A stretch of DNA of 64,000 nucleotides from Dehalococcoidia bacterium. GTDB taxonomy: Bacteria > Chloroflexota > Dehalococcoidia > Lucifugimonadales > HRBIN23. This document shows positions 1-9,304 of this stretch, piece after piece. The notes beneath the pieces were generated by a model. That model did no database searches. It was not told the origin of the DNA and saw only the letters and a list, made by a program, of their open reading frames with translations. The translations under genes and the position numbers were made by a program. How positions within the stretch are numbered: the first letter of the stretch is position 1; each line of letters opens with the position of its first letter. Location: assembly GCA_025060295.1 (NCBI GenBank), contig JANXCH010000011.1:6816-70815 (forward strand), written 5' to 3'.

Positions 1-726
1 CGGGGGATGTACATCGCCATCGTCCACGATGACAACATTTACCGCCAGGATCTCCTCGCCAAATGGAAATCGGCTCTCGATGCATTCCCCGACGCCCCTT
101 TTGTCTTCAACGACTACGACACCATCCATCCGGATGGCTCCAGGCGTGTATATCGCATGACCTCGGGCAACTTTGTGCGCGGGACAGAGATAGCCACACA
201 CTACTTCAAGACCGTTACCTGTGCGGTATTCGCCACTGTGATGATGCGAAGAACCGCTTTGGTCAAAGCAGGCCCATTTGACTCCACATTCGGGTTCATC
301 AGCGATGTAGATATGTGGCTCCGCTTGGCTCGGGACGCGGAGAATATAGCTTATGTCCCCGAACCCCTCATTACTATTTATCCTAGGGAACCGCACCATC
401 CCTATAGGCACGTGCACTGGCGCCATGTGTTTTGGTCCCTCGGTATTTACACAAAACACCTCCGATTCTATCACGAAACACACCCTGATCTCGTCGCTCC
501 CTATGTGAGCGCTTATCCTCGCCTACGTCGCCGATATATGTTTCGTAGCATGGCTTATCTTGTTAAATATCGTCAATGGCAGCGCGTCCGCGAAGGGTTA
601 GCCATATGGCGCGATGCCGATGATTTTTTCTTGAAGCGTTTAGGTTATCTTTTCGGCACACCTCGGTGGCGACCTGACTGGTATCATCCTGGTTGGTGGA
701 AAATGGCCAGTGCCCCACGACTATGA
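1..726 (+). CDS. Glycosyltransferase family 2 (GT-A fold), C-terminal portion; 5' end lies outside the window
   Basis: The frame-1 ORF is open to the left window edge. The acidic motifs IAIVHDDNIY and FISDVDMWLRLA look GT2-like. The stop overlaps the next start (ATGA at 723-726). Confidence 0.6.
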   Translation, partial: RGMYIAIVHDDNIYRQDLLAKWKSALDAFPDAPFVFNDYDTIHPDGSRRVYRMTSGNFVRGTEIATHYFKTVTCAVFATVMMRRTALVKAGPFDSTFGFISDVDMWLRLARDAENIAYVPEPLITIYPREPHHPYRHVHWRHVFWSLGIYTKHLRFYHETHPDLVAPYVSAYPRLRRRYMFRSMAYLVKYRQWQRVREGLAIWRDADDFFLKRLGYLFGTPRWRPDWYHPGWWKMASAPRL

Positions 727-1811
727 AAATCCTTCTCAGCTACCCTAGCGAGCACGAACTGAATGAGGGTCGGCATTATGCCCGTGTCCTTCAACGCTTG
801 GGCCATCAGGTTTATGTTGTCAATGTGGCCAACCGCTGGTATTCCGCACCGCCAGGGCAGTTTTCTCGGGGGTATCCCCCAGATATTACACTCCAGGAAA
901 TTCTTAACGATTATCCAGGTGCCGATCTCTTCCTCTGGATTGAGCCGTTCGGCCTCATCCCACGCGGCTTAGAGACCTCTCCTATCCCCACAGCAGCCAT
1001 TATCAGCGATGTGCACCGTAATCTCAAAAGTCGTCTTCTCCAGGCGCGCTTTTTTGACCTAGTATTCCTGCGTCAACGCAACTATCTGCCTTTTTTCCGC
1101 GACCACCCGCCCGGTGCCGTGGTGTGGCATCCCTGGACCTGCAATACGGAGATCGTGCGCGATCTTCATGTGTCACGCGATTTGGATGTGGCTATGATAG
1201 GGAAAATGTATATGGCCAGTCGGCGGCGGCTTATCAAAATTCTTTCTCGACAGTATCGTGTTAATGAAATGCGCTATTACCCTTATGAAGAAATCGCTCA
1301 GGTGTATTCCCGCGCTAAAATCGTTTTCAATATTCCTGTGGGCAATGATCTCAACCCCCGCTTCTTCGAGGCCATGGCTTGCGGAGCCCTGCTCCTCACC
1401 AAGCGCGCCGCCAACGGCCAGGAGGTTCTATTCCAGGAAGGCGTACATTATGTGGGTTTTGATACAGAACGAGAGTTGTTGGAGAAGATTGATTACTATT
1501 TGAGCCACGACGAGGAACGGGAGCGGATTGCCCGTGCAGGGTATGAAGAGGTGCATAAGAACCATACATTAGTGCACCGCGTCCAGGCATTGTTGGAAAC
1601 TGTTCAGAAAGGCCCGTTGTTCGGTGCCCCTATCCGCAGAATGCGTCAAAGCGATATCCTCAGCTTATACGCCTCCTTTTATGAGCGGTTCGGTCATATT
1701 GATGCCCTGCTCCGCTTAGCGGCAACCTATCGTTCTACTCCCATTAAGCGTTTCTATTTTCTAGGCATGGGCCTCAAGTCTTTTCTCCGTCGAGCAGTGC
1801 TGGCTTGGTAG
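723..1811 (+). CDS. CgeB-like (Glyco_trans_1_2-type) glycosyltransferase, paralogue 1
   Basis: The C-terminal FNIPVGNDLNPRFFEAMACGALLLT ... YYLSHDEERERIARAGYEEVHKNHTLVHRVQALL is typical of the CgeB-type domain. ATG 723 was preferred over 693 because of its ATGA overlap with the upstream stop. Confidence 0.6.
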   Translation: MKILLSYPSEHELNEGRHYARVLQRLGHQVYVVNVANRWYSAPPGQFSRGYPPDITLQEILNDYPGADLFLWIEPFGLIPRGLETSPIPTAAIISDVHRNLKSRLLQARFFDLVFLRQRNYLPFFRDHPPGAVVWHPWTCNTEIVRDLHVSRDLDVAMIGKMYMASRRRLIKILSRQYRVNEMRYYPYEEIAQVYSRAKIVFNIPVGNDLNPRFFEAMACGALLLTKRAANGQEVLFQEGVHYVGFDTERELLEKIDYYLSHDEERERIARAGYEEVHKNHTLVHRVQALLETVQKGPLFGAPIRRMRQSDILSLYASFYERFGHIDALLRLAATYRSTPIKRFYFLGMGLKSFLRRAVLAW

Positions 1812-1832
1812 CATCCTGGAAAGGAGGAACTG

Positions 1833-3200
1833 GTGATGCGCCTCTCCGTCATCGGCTTGGGCAAACTGGGGGCCCCCATCGCCGCCGCTTTCGCCTCCCG
1901 CGGGTTCCCCACCATCGGCGTGGATGTGAACCCCCAAGTGGTGGAGGCCATCAACGCCGGTCGGTCGCCTGTGCTAGAGCCCGGTGTGAACGAGGCCATC
2001 GCCCACGCCGACGGCCGCCTGCGCGCCACGCAAGATTATCAGGATGCCATTCAGCATTCCGATATTACCTTTATCCTTGTCCCCACACCCAGTGAGCCTG
2101 ACGGGCGGTTCTCTTTACGCTATGTCCGCCAAGCGGCAGAGGCCGTGGGCCAGGTTCTGCGCCAGAAACGGGAGTACCACCTGGTAGTCGTCAGCAGTAC
2201 CGTGCTGCCCGGCTCCACTGAGTTCGGCATTTTGCCTGTGTTGGAAGGCGCCTCGGGGAAGCGGTGTGGACAGGACTTCGGCCTGTGCTACAGCCCGGAG
2301 TTCGTCGCTCTGGGAACTGTCCTGCGCGATTTCCTCCGCCCCGATTTTGTCCTCATCGGAGAGTCCGACACCAAAGCCGGCGATACCTTAGAGAGCCTCT
2401 ACCGACAAGTGTTACTCAACCAACCGCCGATCGTGCGGACGAATTGGATCAACGCTGAACTAGCGAAGATTGCTTTCAACACTTTCGGAACTCTCAAAAT
2501 CAGTTTCTGCAACATGCTTGCGGCCCTTTGTGAGCGCCTTCCTGGAGCAGATGTGGACACTGTTACGCGCACCATCAGCCTTGATAGACGTATCAGCGGG
2601 CCCAGTTACATGAAAGGTGCTCTGGGATATGGCGGCCCCTGCTTGCCCCGCGACAACCGTGCCCTAGCCTTCTTAGCGTCTTATGTGGGTGTGAATGCTA
2701 GCCTAGCAGAGACCACTGACGCCTTCAATCGCACCGTCGCAGAACGCGTTGTGCAGCGTGTGTTAGCTTTGACACCGCCCGGAGGGACTGTAGCCGTCCT
2801 GGGGCTCGCCTATAAACCCGACACGCCTATCGTAGAAGAGTCCCAGGGATTGAACATTGCCCAGCACCTGGCTCAAGCCGGGGTTCGGGTTGTGGTCTAC
2901 GATCCCCTGGCAATGGAGGAGGCGCGTAAACTGCTGGGGGAGCAGGTTGTCTATGCACCGTCGGTCGCCGAGGCGGTGCGCCATGCCCATGTTGTGCTTA
3001 TCGCCAACCCAGACCCCGCTTTCCGGGCCCTACCGTTGGAGAACAACTCCCCTCATCCCATCGTGGTGGATGCGTGGCGTCTGATGCGTGAACGCTTCTC
3101 CAACCCCAGCGCTACCTACGCCCCTCTGGGGATAGGAAATGCCGAGCCCCTAGCCCGGGAACACTTGGCGCGGCTGTGGAAATCGCCCGCAGAGCAGTAG
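1833..3200 (+). CDS. Nucleotide-sugar 6-dehydrogenase (UDP-glucose/GDP-mannose dehydrogenase family)
   Basis: It has an N-terminal Rossmann motif VIGLGKLGAPIAAAFASRGF and the catalytic-Cys motif GYGGPCLPRDNRAL. An AAGGAGG RBS lies at 1821-1827. The start could be GTG 1833 or ATG 1836. Confidence 0.85.
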   Translation: MMRLSVIGLGKLGAPIAAAFASRGFPTIGVDVNPQVVEAINAGRSPVLEPGVNEAIAHADGRLRATQDYQDAIQHSDITFILVPTPSEPDGRFSLRYVRQAAEAVGQVLRQKREYHLVVVSSTVLPGSTEFGILPVLEGASGKRCGQDFGLCYSPEFVALGTVLRDFLRPDFVLIGESDTKAGDTLESLYRQVLLNQPPIVRTNWINAELAKIAFNTFGTLKISFCNMLAALCERLPGADVDTVTRTISLDRRISGPSYMKGALGYGGPCLPRDNRALAFLASYVGVNASLAETTDAFNRTVAERVVQRVLALTPPGGTVAVLGLAYKPDTPIVEESQGLNIAQHLAQAGVRVVVYDPLAMEEARKLLGEQVVYAPSVAEAVRHAHVVLIANPDPAFRALPLENNSPHPIVVDAWRLMRERFSNPSATYAPLGIGNAEPLAREHLARLWKSPAEQ

Positions 3201-3207
3201 GTGACTT

Positions 3208-4026
3208 ATGGTGGACCTTTTGCAGCAGGTTCGGGCGTTCTGGGACAGGCGACCCTGTAACATTCGCCACTCCAATAAGCCGGTGGGGACACGCGAATAC
3301 TTTGACGAGGTGGAGGCCCGCAGGTATTTCGTGGAACCCCATATCCCTGGCTTCGCCCAGTTTTGGCGATGGAAAGGAAAAAAAGTGCTGGAAATCGGGT
3401 GTGGAATCGGGACAGATGCCGTCAACTTCGCCCGAGCGGGGGCAGACATCACCGCTGTGGATCTCTCCCCCCGCAGTTTGGACATCGCCCGCCAGGGTTT
3501 CGCCGTCTACGGCCTGTCGGGACGCTTTTTCTGCGGGAATGCCGAGGAGCTCTCCTCCTTTGTGCCCGTGGAGCCGTATGATCTCATCTACTCCTTCGGG
3601 GTGATTCATCATACCCCCCATCCGGAGCGAGTAATAGAGGAGATCAAGAAATATTGCGCACCTCACACAGAGGTACGGGTGATGCTCTACGCCAAGTGGT
3701 CGTGGAAGGTGTTTTGGATTGTTATGAAGTATGGACGCGGAGCGTTCTGGCGGACACGGCAACTGGTGCGCCGCTACTCAGAGGCCCAGGAGGGGTCTCC
3801 TGTTACCTATACTTATTCGTTTCGAGATGTGCGTCGCCTCTTCAAAGATTTCCGCATTGTGGAGATGCATAAGAAGCATATTTTCCCCTACAAGATTGAC
3901 AAATATATCCGCTATCAATATGAGTGGGTCTGGTATTTTCGCTTACTTCCCACGCCTTGGTTCCGCTGGCTGGAACACCGACTAGGTTGGCATATCCTTA
4001 TCGTGGCGAAGCCCGGCTGGCTATGA
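3208..4026 (+). CDS. Class I SAM-dependent methyltransferase
   Basis: It carries the SAM-binding motif VLEIGCGIGTDAVNFARAGADITAVDLS. Its stop overlaps the next start (ATGA at 4023-4026). Confidence 0.75.
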   Translation: MVDLLQQVRAFWDRRPCNIRHSNKPVGTREYFDEVEARRYFVEPHIPGFAQFWRWKGKKVLEIGCGIGTDAVNFARAGADITAVDLSPRSLDIARQGFAVYGLSGRFFCGNAEELSSFVPVEPYDLIYSFGVIHHTPHPERVIEEIKKYCAPHTEVRVMLYAKWSWKVFWIVMKYGRGAFWRTRQLVRRYSEAQEGSPVTYTYSFRDVRRLFKDFRIVEMHKKHIFPYKIDKYIRYQYEWVWYFRLLPTPWFRWLEHRLGWHILIVAKPGWL

Positions 4027-5570
4027 CGACTGCTGTCCTCCCGGGGCGGGTTACCCTTGCGCGCAACACCCTGATCACCATTGTGGGGGGCGCTGTGCCG
4101 CCCCTGGTGGGGCTGGCGGTGGTGCCCTTATTTGTCCACGGACTGGGAACAGAGCGCTACGGACTGTGGACACTGGCAGGTAGTATCTTCGCTTACTTTT
4201 TGATCTTTGACATAGGGCTGGGGAAGGCCACTACTAAGTTTGTCTCCGAGGCGTTGGCCCGAGGCGAGAGGGAAGAGATTGCTTACCTATTTTGGACGGC
4301 TTTACTGGCCAGTGTCGCTTTGGGCGTTGTGGCAGGTGTGGCCTTTGCCGCAGCGGTGCCCTTTCTCACGACCCGCGTCCTGCGCATTCCCTCAGAGCTG
4401 GTGCCTGAGGCGCGGGCATTGCTACTGGTCTTCGCCCTGTCTGCTCCTCTGCACCTCTGCGCCAGGGCCGTGGGAGGCCTGTTGGAGGGGAGCCACAGGT
4501 TTGACCTTTCTAATGCCATTGGGGTGCCGGTGCGCATCCTGGGAATGGTGCTCCCTCTGCTGGGGGTGTGGCTCGGCTGGTCCCTGGCCGGGGTTGGCGC
4601 TCTAGCAGTGGGAGCGGGCCTTATAGGAGTTCTGGTTACGGGGGCCGTGGCCCTGCGGGTGCGCCCGGAGGTGCGCGGTGTGCCGCGGGTCAGCCAGGCA
4701 GCGCTGCGCCGCCTGTTGGGGTTTGGGGGATGGATGATGGGGGTCAGCATCCTGGCCTCCCTGGTGGCAGGAAGCGATCGAATAATCATTGGGACAGTGC
4801 TTTCTACCTCCGCCGTGGCATACTATGCGCCCCCACACAGCCTCATCTGGCAATCGTCTTCCATTGCCTCGGCCCTTTACGTGACCCTTTTCCCTGCCTT
4901 CAGCGCCCTGGGAAGTGTGGACAAGAAACGCATGGAGAGGCTTTATGCCTCTGCTTTCAAGGTGCTGATGGTGATAATGGGGCCCATCGCTTTACTTATC
5001 ATTGTGTTCGCCCGGGAAGGGTTGACCTTATGGCTGGGAGCAGATTTTGCGCACGAAAGCACACGGGTGCTCCAAGTATTGGCCATAGGGATGTTCCTCA
5101 ATACCCTTGCAGTGGTACCTTCCATTGCGTTACAGGGAGCAGGCAGGCCTGACTTAGTGGCGAGGATTTTCTTATTGGAAGCACCTGTTTATGTAGGATT
5201 GGCAGTATTATTAACGCGACAAATGGGCATTGTCGGAATGGCCTTGGCGTGGACCCTGCGCAACATAGCGGATGCTGTTCTATTCTCTCTCACAGCCTGG
5301 TGGGCTTTGGGCCTTGCTCCTACGCTGCTACTGGCAAACCGAGGCGTGATGGCCGGTGTGCTCCTGGTAGGACTAGCTTTTGGGATAGGTGTTATTCATC
5401 TCCTTTTACCTGCTTCTTGGATCCTCCTAAAAATGGTTCTCTCTATCGGACTCCTAAGCATCTTTGCGTTTCTGGTATTGTTTGTAGTGTTAAACACTGA
5501 AGAACGACAAGCCGTGAAGCAAATAACACCTTTCTTCCGTGATAACTCTTCCAAGATATCCACTTTGTAG
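4023..5570 (+). CDS. Wzx-type oligosaccharide flippase (MOP superfamily polysaccharide biosynthesis protein)
   Basis: The protein is a multi-pass membrane protein. Its N-terminus NTLITIVGGAVPPLVGLAVVPLFVHGLGTERYGLWTLAGSIFAYFLIFDIGLG is typical of Wzx/RfbX proteins. The start was trimmed from 3924 to ATG 4023. Confidence 0.7.
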   Translation: MTTAVLPGRVTLARNTLITIVGGAVPPLVGLAVVPLFVHGLGTERYGLWTLAGSIFAYFLIFDIGLGKATTKFVSEALARGEREEIAYLFWTALLASVALGVVAGVAFAAAVPFLTTRVLRIPSELVPEARALLLVFALSAPLHLCARAVGGLLEGSHRFDLSNAIGVPVRILGMVLPLLGVWLGWSLAGVGALAVGAGLIGVLVTGAVALRVRPEVRGVPRVSQAALRRLLGFGGWMMGVSILASLVAGSDRIIIGTVLSTSAVAYYAPPHSLIWQSSSIASALYVTLFPAFSALGSVDKKRMERLYASAFKVLMVIMGPIALLIIVFAREGLTLWLGADFAHESTRVLQVLAIGMFLNTLAVVPSIALQGAGRPDLVARIFLLEAPVYVGLAVLLTRQMGIVGMALAWTLRNIADAVLFSLTAWWALGLAPTLLLANRGVMAGVLLVGLAFGIGVIHLLLPASWILLKMVLSIGLLSIFAFLVLFVVLNTEERQAVKQITPFFRDNSSKISTL

Positions 5571-5753
5571 AAAAGGGGGTCTGAAGTTCGTGCTTGATCG
5601 GGTGAAAAATGTCCACGCTCAGATGGGACACGTGCCGCCTTCTACGAAAAACCGTATGCCTTTCTTGGTGCGATCTCAGAGATCCCGAGGCGGTTCGTGT
5701 GGCGCGTCCGCCCTACAAAAACTCACCGTGGTGAAAAGTGAGTAAGAAGGAGG

Positions 5754-6665
5754 ATGCTCTTCACCATGCTCACCATGTTCACCACCTGCGCCCCCTTCCG
5801 GGGCCACCGGAAAATCATTCAGACCAATGCCCTGCGCAGTTGGACACTTCTCCGCCCGCGTCCAGAAATTCTCCTCTTCGGCGATGAAGAGGGAACAACG
5901 GAGATCGCGCAAGAGTTGGGTATCCGTCATATTCCTCAAGTAGAACGCAATGAGTACGGGACGCCTTTAGGGGATGATTTGTTCCGACAAGCAGAGCGAT
6001 TGGCAACACATTCTATTCTCTGTTTTTCTAACGCCGATATGATCTTCACCCAGGATTTCATGAACGCGATTCATACTCTCAGTTCCCTGAGAAAACCATT
6101 TGTTTTCACTGGCCCACGCCTGCCCGTGCAAGTGCACAGTTTTATAGACTTTTCTCAACCCGGATGGGACGCTGATCTTCTTGCAATGGCTAAAAAATTT
6201 GGACCAGACCTGGATGCTGTAGATTTCATTGTTTTCCCAAAGGGTTTGGAGCACAACATTCCCCCTATGGCGGTCGGGCGTGTTTGGCGTTTAGGATGGA
6301 TCATATGGCGTGCCCGCTTGTTAAAAATCCCTGTAGTAGATGGCGGTGCTCTTGTGCCGGCGTTCCATCAGGATCATCCCTACGAACTTGGGGCCAAATG
6401 GGTATGGGAGGGCCCCGAAGCCCAAAAAAACCTTGAATTGACCAAAAAGATGTATGTGGAGTTTATCACACTAGATGCAACACATATTCTTACACAGCAA
6501 GGTATTCGTCCCGCGATAGGTCTGAAGTACCTTTGGCGGCGTTTCTACACTTTGCCCGTGTTTTACCCGTGGCTTCGACCCGTCTACGGACCCTTGTACT
6601 TTGCCCTGCGTACCTCGCGCCCCTTGCGCCTACGTTTGAGACTGACGTTATCAACACTCCTGTGA
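5754..6665 (+). CDS. Hypothetical protein, possibly a GT-A-fold glycosyltransferase; basic/aromatic C-terminal tail
   Basis: ATG 5754 follows a GAAGGAGG RBS. The N-terminal TTCAPFRGH...IQTNALRSW and the SNADMIF segment suggest a nucleotide-sugar-binding fold. The gene lies in a low-GC block. I cannot confirm the family without an HMM search. Confidence 0.4.
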   Translation: MLFTMLTMFTTCAPFRGHRKIIQTNALRSWTLLRPRPEILLFGDEEGTTEIAQELGIRHIPQVERNEYGTPLGDDLFRQAERLATHSILCFSNADMIFTQDFMNAIHTLSSLRKPFVFTGPRLPVQVHSFIDFSQPGWDADLLAMAKKFGPDLDAVDFIVFPKGLEHNIPPMAVGRVWRLGWIIWRARLLKIPVVDGGALVPAFHQDHPYELGAKWVWEGPEAQKNLELTKKMYVEFITLDATHILTQQGIRPAIGLKYLWRRFYTLPVFYPWLRPVYGPLYFALRTSRPLRLRLRLTLSTLL

Positions 6666-6724
6666 GGAAAGACCATTACTCGGAAACTCTTGCTACTTTG
6701 GAAAAAAATTGAGCTTCAAAACAC

Positions 6725-7960
6725 TTGCTCATCCTGCTTGAGGTAGAACGATTGTTGGGATCTTTTTATCGAATCAAGCTCACAGTCCGAGATACCGTTA
6801 GGCGCTGGCATCACCTTCACAGAGCTTATGTACGCTTGAACGGTATTCTAGCAGATTGGCGAGAAAAGAAAGTTTCTGCGGCGTACCAAGCCGAATGTAA
6901 GCGCAAAGGAATTGTGGAGCTTTCAGACTCAGCCCTGCAGGAGGCCGTTGCCCAACGTGTTGCCGCTCGGGGGGGGCGTGTCACTCCTAAAAGAAAAGGA
7001 GACTTGCATATCTTTCTGATAACCCCTGATCCCTCATTTAAGCACACAACGATAAACACCTTACGGAGGTTCGGTCGCGTCACGAGTGTGGATTGGCAGC
7101 GTGCAGGATTGAACGATAACGACCTGAATTGGACGTCCAGTTTCTCCCGTATGCGTCGCGCCGTTTTGGAAACTTTCCAGGAAGCAATTGTTTCTCAGCC
7201 TATTGACGCTGTGGTCGCTTATGCTGTCAGCCCGACCGTTTTGCGTGAACTCACTCAAAGGTGCCCTAACATCATAACTTTTTTGATCAACTTCGACGAT
7301 ATTTTCCATTGGCCACGTCCCGGTTCATATACAAAAAATTTTTATCCTGTCGATTGTACTTCAGCAGTCGACCTCATTCTGACGTCTAATCCGGATATCG
7401 TTCCTAGATACCTTCTGTATGGAGGCTTGGCGATGTTTTCCCCCGGGGCCGCAGACCCAGAGATATTCCGCCCTTTCGATGCACCTTTCATTTATGATGT
7501 CTCTTTCGTTGGACACGCATTCGCTTGGCGCCGATGGTTCATTCAGCATTTGCGAAAAGAGGGAGTTCACGTCACCACTTTCGGATCAGGCTGGGAGAAT
7601 GGCCCATTACCCTGGTCTGATCTCCCCAGAGTTTTCTCCCAGAGCCGCATCAACCTCGGTTTTTCAGCCACTGGACAGTCCCTCCTTATTCGTCAGATCA
7701 AAACCCGCGATTTTGAAGTGCCCATGTCCGGTGGCCTTTATCTGACCCTTAATAACCCCTATATCCATCGCGTTTATGATGTGGGTAAAGAAATCCTGGT
7801 TTTTGATGACCCTGCCGATTGTGCCAGGAAAATTCGTTGGCTATTAGCCCACCCTGACGAAGCGGACAAAATCCGCCGTGCAGGGCACGCCCGTGCCCGG
7901 CGGGACCATACTTATGAAGCCCGCTTCGAAAGAGCTTTTAGCCTCGCGGGACTTTTATAA
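6725..7960 (+). CDS. CgeB-like (Glyco_trans_1_2-type) glycosyltransferase, paralogue 2 (low-GC)
   Basis: The C-terminus reads FEVPMSGGLYLT ... LLAHPDEADKIRRAGHARARRDHTYEARFERAF, as in CgeB-type proteins. The start is TTG at 6725 with no upstream ATG, so it is uncertain. Confidence 0.55.
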   Translation: MLILLEVERLLGSFYRIKLTVRDTVRRWHHLHRAYVRLNGILADWREKKVSAAYQAECKRKGIVELSDSALQEAVAQRVAARGGRVTPKRKGDLHIFLITPDPSFKHTTINTLRRFGRVTSVDWQRAGLNDNDLNWTSSFSRMRRAVLETFQEAIVSQPIDAVVAYAVSPTVLRELTQRCPNIITFLINFDDIFHWPRPGSYTKNFYPVDCTSAVDLILTSNPDIVPRYLLYGGLAMFSPGAADPEIFRPFDAPFIYDVSFVGHAFAWRRWFIQHLRKEGVHVTTFGSGWENGPLPWSDLPRVFSQSRINLGFSATGQSLLIRQIKTRDFEVPMSGGLYLTLNNPYIHRVYDVGKEILVFDDPADCARKIRWLLAHPDEADKIRRAGHARARRDHTYEARFERAFSLAGLL

Positions 7961-8017
7961 AATTCGTCGGAAAAAATAATTAACACATCTGGAAAGTGAC
8001 AATATTTTCCACGCAAT

Positions 8018-8266
8018 ATGTGGCCGCGTCTGTGCAGTAAACTTTTCCTGTGTCTTTTGCCGCTTCATACCAGCCCCGGCATATGGCGGCGCATCTACAA
8101 CCTGCCCATGTTTTACCCGTGGCTCAGCCCCATCTACGCCCCCTTGCGCTTTACTCTACGGGTCTTGCGCCCACTGCGGGTGCGCCTGGGACTGGAACTG
8201 ACCGGTTACACGCCCATATGGAAATGTCAGCGTTCTAGCGCCTTTTCACTTTTCATCAACCACTGA
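8018..8266 (+). pseudogene. Remnant of a paralogue of the 5754-6665 gene; only the C-terminal tail is retained
   Basis: The translated WRRIYNLPMFYPWLSPIYAPLRFTLRVLRPLRVRLGL aligns with the C-terminus WRRFYTLPVFYPWLRPVYGPLYFALRTSRPLRLRLRL of the 5754-6665 product. A 16-nt identical DNA core tgttttacccgtggct sits at 6559-6574 and 8109-8124. There is no N-terminal catalytic part. Confidence 0.45.
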
Positions 8267-8299
8267 AGGCTGATACTTTTCCTTGTTTGGCCTAGACGC

Positions 8300-9304
8300 A
8301 TGCGCATCCTCTATACCGGTCCCTTCCGTCCGGGCAGTTTGACGGAAGCCCGGCGCCGCGCCCTCCTGGATTTGGGCCATCAGGTTGTCGGTCTAGACCA
8401 GGCGATCTATTTTGACAAGGGGCATCCGCTCCTGCGCAAAGCCCAAAACCACGCACTCATTGGACCAGGTATTTGGGCCTACAACCGAGACCTCTTACGC
8501 CTGGCCCGCGAGACAAAACCAGAACTCATCTATGTGGATATGGGTATCTCCCTCTGGCCGAAGACCATCCGCGCTTTGAGAGCAACAGGGGCAAAAGTAG
8601 TCCACTACACCAGCGAGTTTTTCGGCTATCGCCGCTACCTCTATCGGCATTTCTTCCCTGCCGTCCCCTTCTATCACGCTCATGTGATCACCAATCGCCT
8701 GGTCATCCCCGAGCTGGAAAAGCGGGGGGCACAAAAAATTGTTATCACCGAATTCGGCTACGACCCCTCTTTGCACCGTCCGCCCAATCTCACATCGGAG
8801 GAGCGCCAACGGTATGGCTCCGATGTGGTGTTCGTGGGACATTGGGAGCCCCACTACGAAAAGATGCTCTCCGCCCTGCATCAAGCGGGGGTTGCGGTGC
8901 GCGTGTGGGGCCCGGGATGGCGACGGGCTCACTCCTTCCCCCGGGGCGTTCTCGGCCCACCCGTTTATGGCGAGGAGTATGTCAAGGTGCTGGGGGCGTC
9001 CAAAATCTGCTTAGGACTGCTCTCCAAGTGGAACCACAACCAGTCGGCCTCCCGCACCTTTGAAATCCCCGCCGTGGGGGCTTTCCTATTGGCCGAACGC
9101 ACCGAAGACCACCTGCGCTACTTCGCAGAGGACAAAGAGGCCGTGTTTTTTTCCTCTGCTGAAGAACTAGTGGAGAAGGCGCGCTACTACCTCACCCACG
9201 AGGAGGAACGCCTGCGCATCGCTCGGGCAGGCCGGGAACGCTGCCTGCGTTCGCCCTATACCCACACCGACCGCATGCGTGCCGTTTTGGAGGCCTTGGG
9301 GTGA
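8300..9304 (+). CDS. CgeB-like (Glyco_trans_1_2-type) glycosyltransferase, paralogue 3 (high-GC)
   Basis: The C-terminus reads FEIPAVGAFLLAERTEDHLRYF ... ARYYLTHEEERLRIARAGRERCLRSPYTHTDRMRAVLEAL. The stop overlaps the next start (GTGA at 9301-9304). Confidence 0.6.
   Translation: MRILYTGPFRPGSLTEARRRALLDLGHQVVGLDQAIYFDKGHPLLRKAQNHALIGPGIWAYNRDLLRLARETKPELIYVDMGISLWPKTIRALRATGAKVVHYTSEFFGYRRYLYRHFFPAVPFYHAHVITNRLVIPELEKRGAQKIVITEFGYDPSLHRPPNLTSEERQRYGSDVVFVGHWEPHYEKMLSALHQAGVAVRVWGPGWRRAHSFPRGVLGPPVYGEEYVKVLGASKICLGLLSKWNHNQSASRTFEIPAVGAFLLAERTEDHLRYFAEDKEAVFFSSAEELVEKARYYLTHEEERLRIARAGRERCLRSPYTHTDRMRAVLEALG

Noticed and set aside
5571-5753. Possible small RNA or terminator in the 183-nt gap after the flippase gene, where ACTCAC...GTGAGT forms a 6-bp stem at about 5727-5749
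   Set aside because: The stem is short with an 11-nt loop and no U-tract, and it sits immediately before the GAAGGAGG RBS of the next gene. There is no recognisable RNA family and no convincing promoter hexamers.
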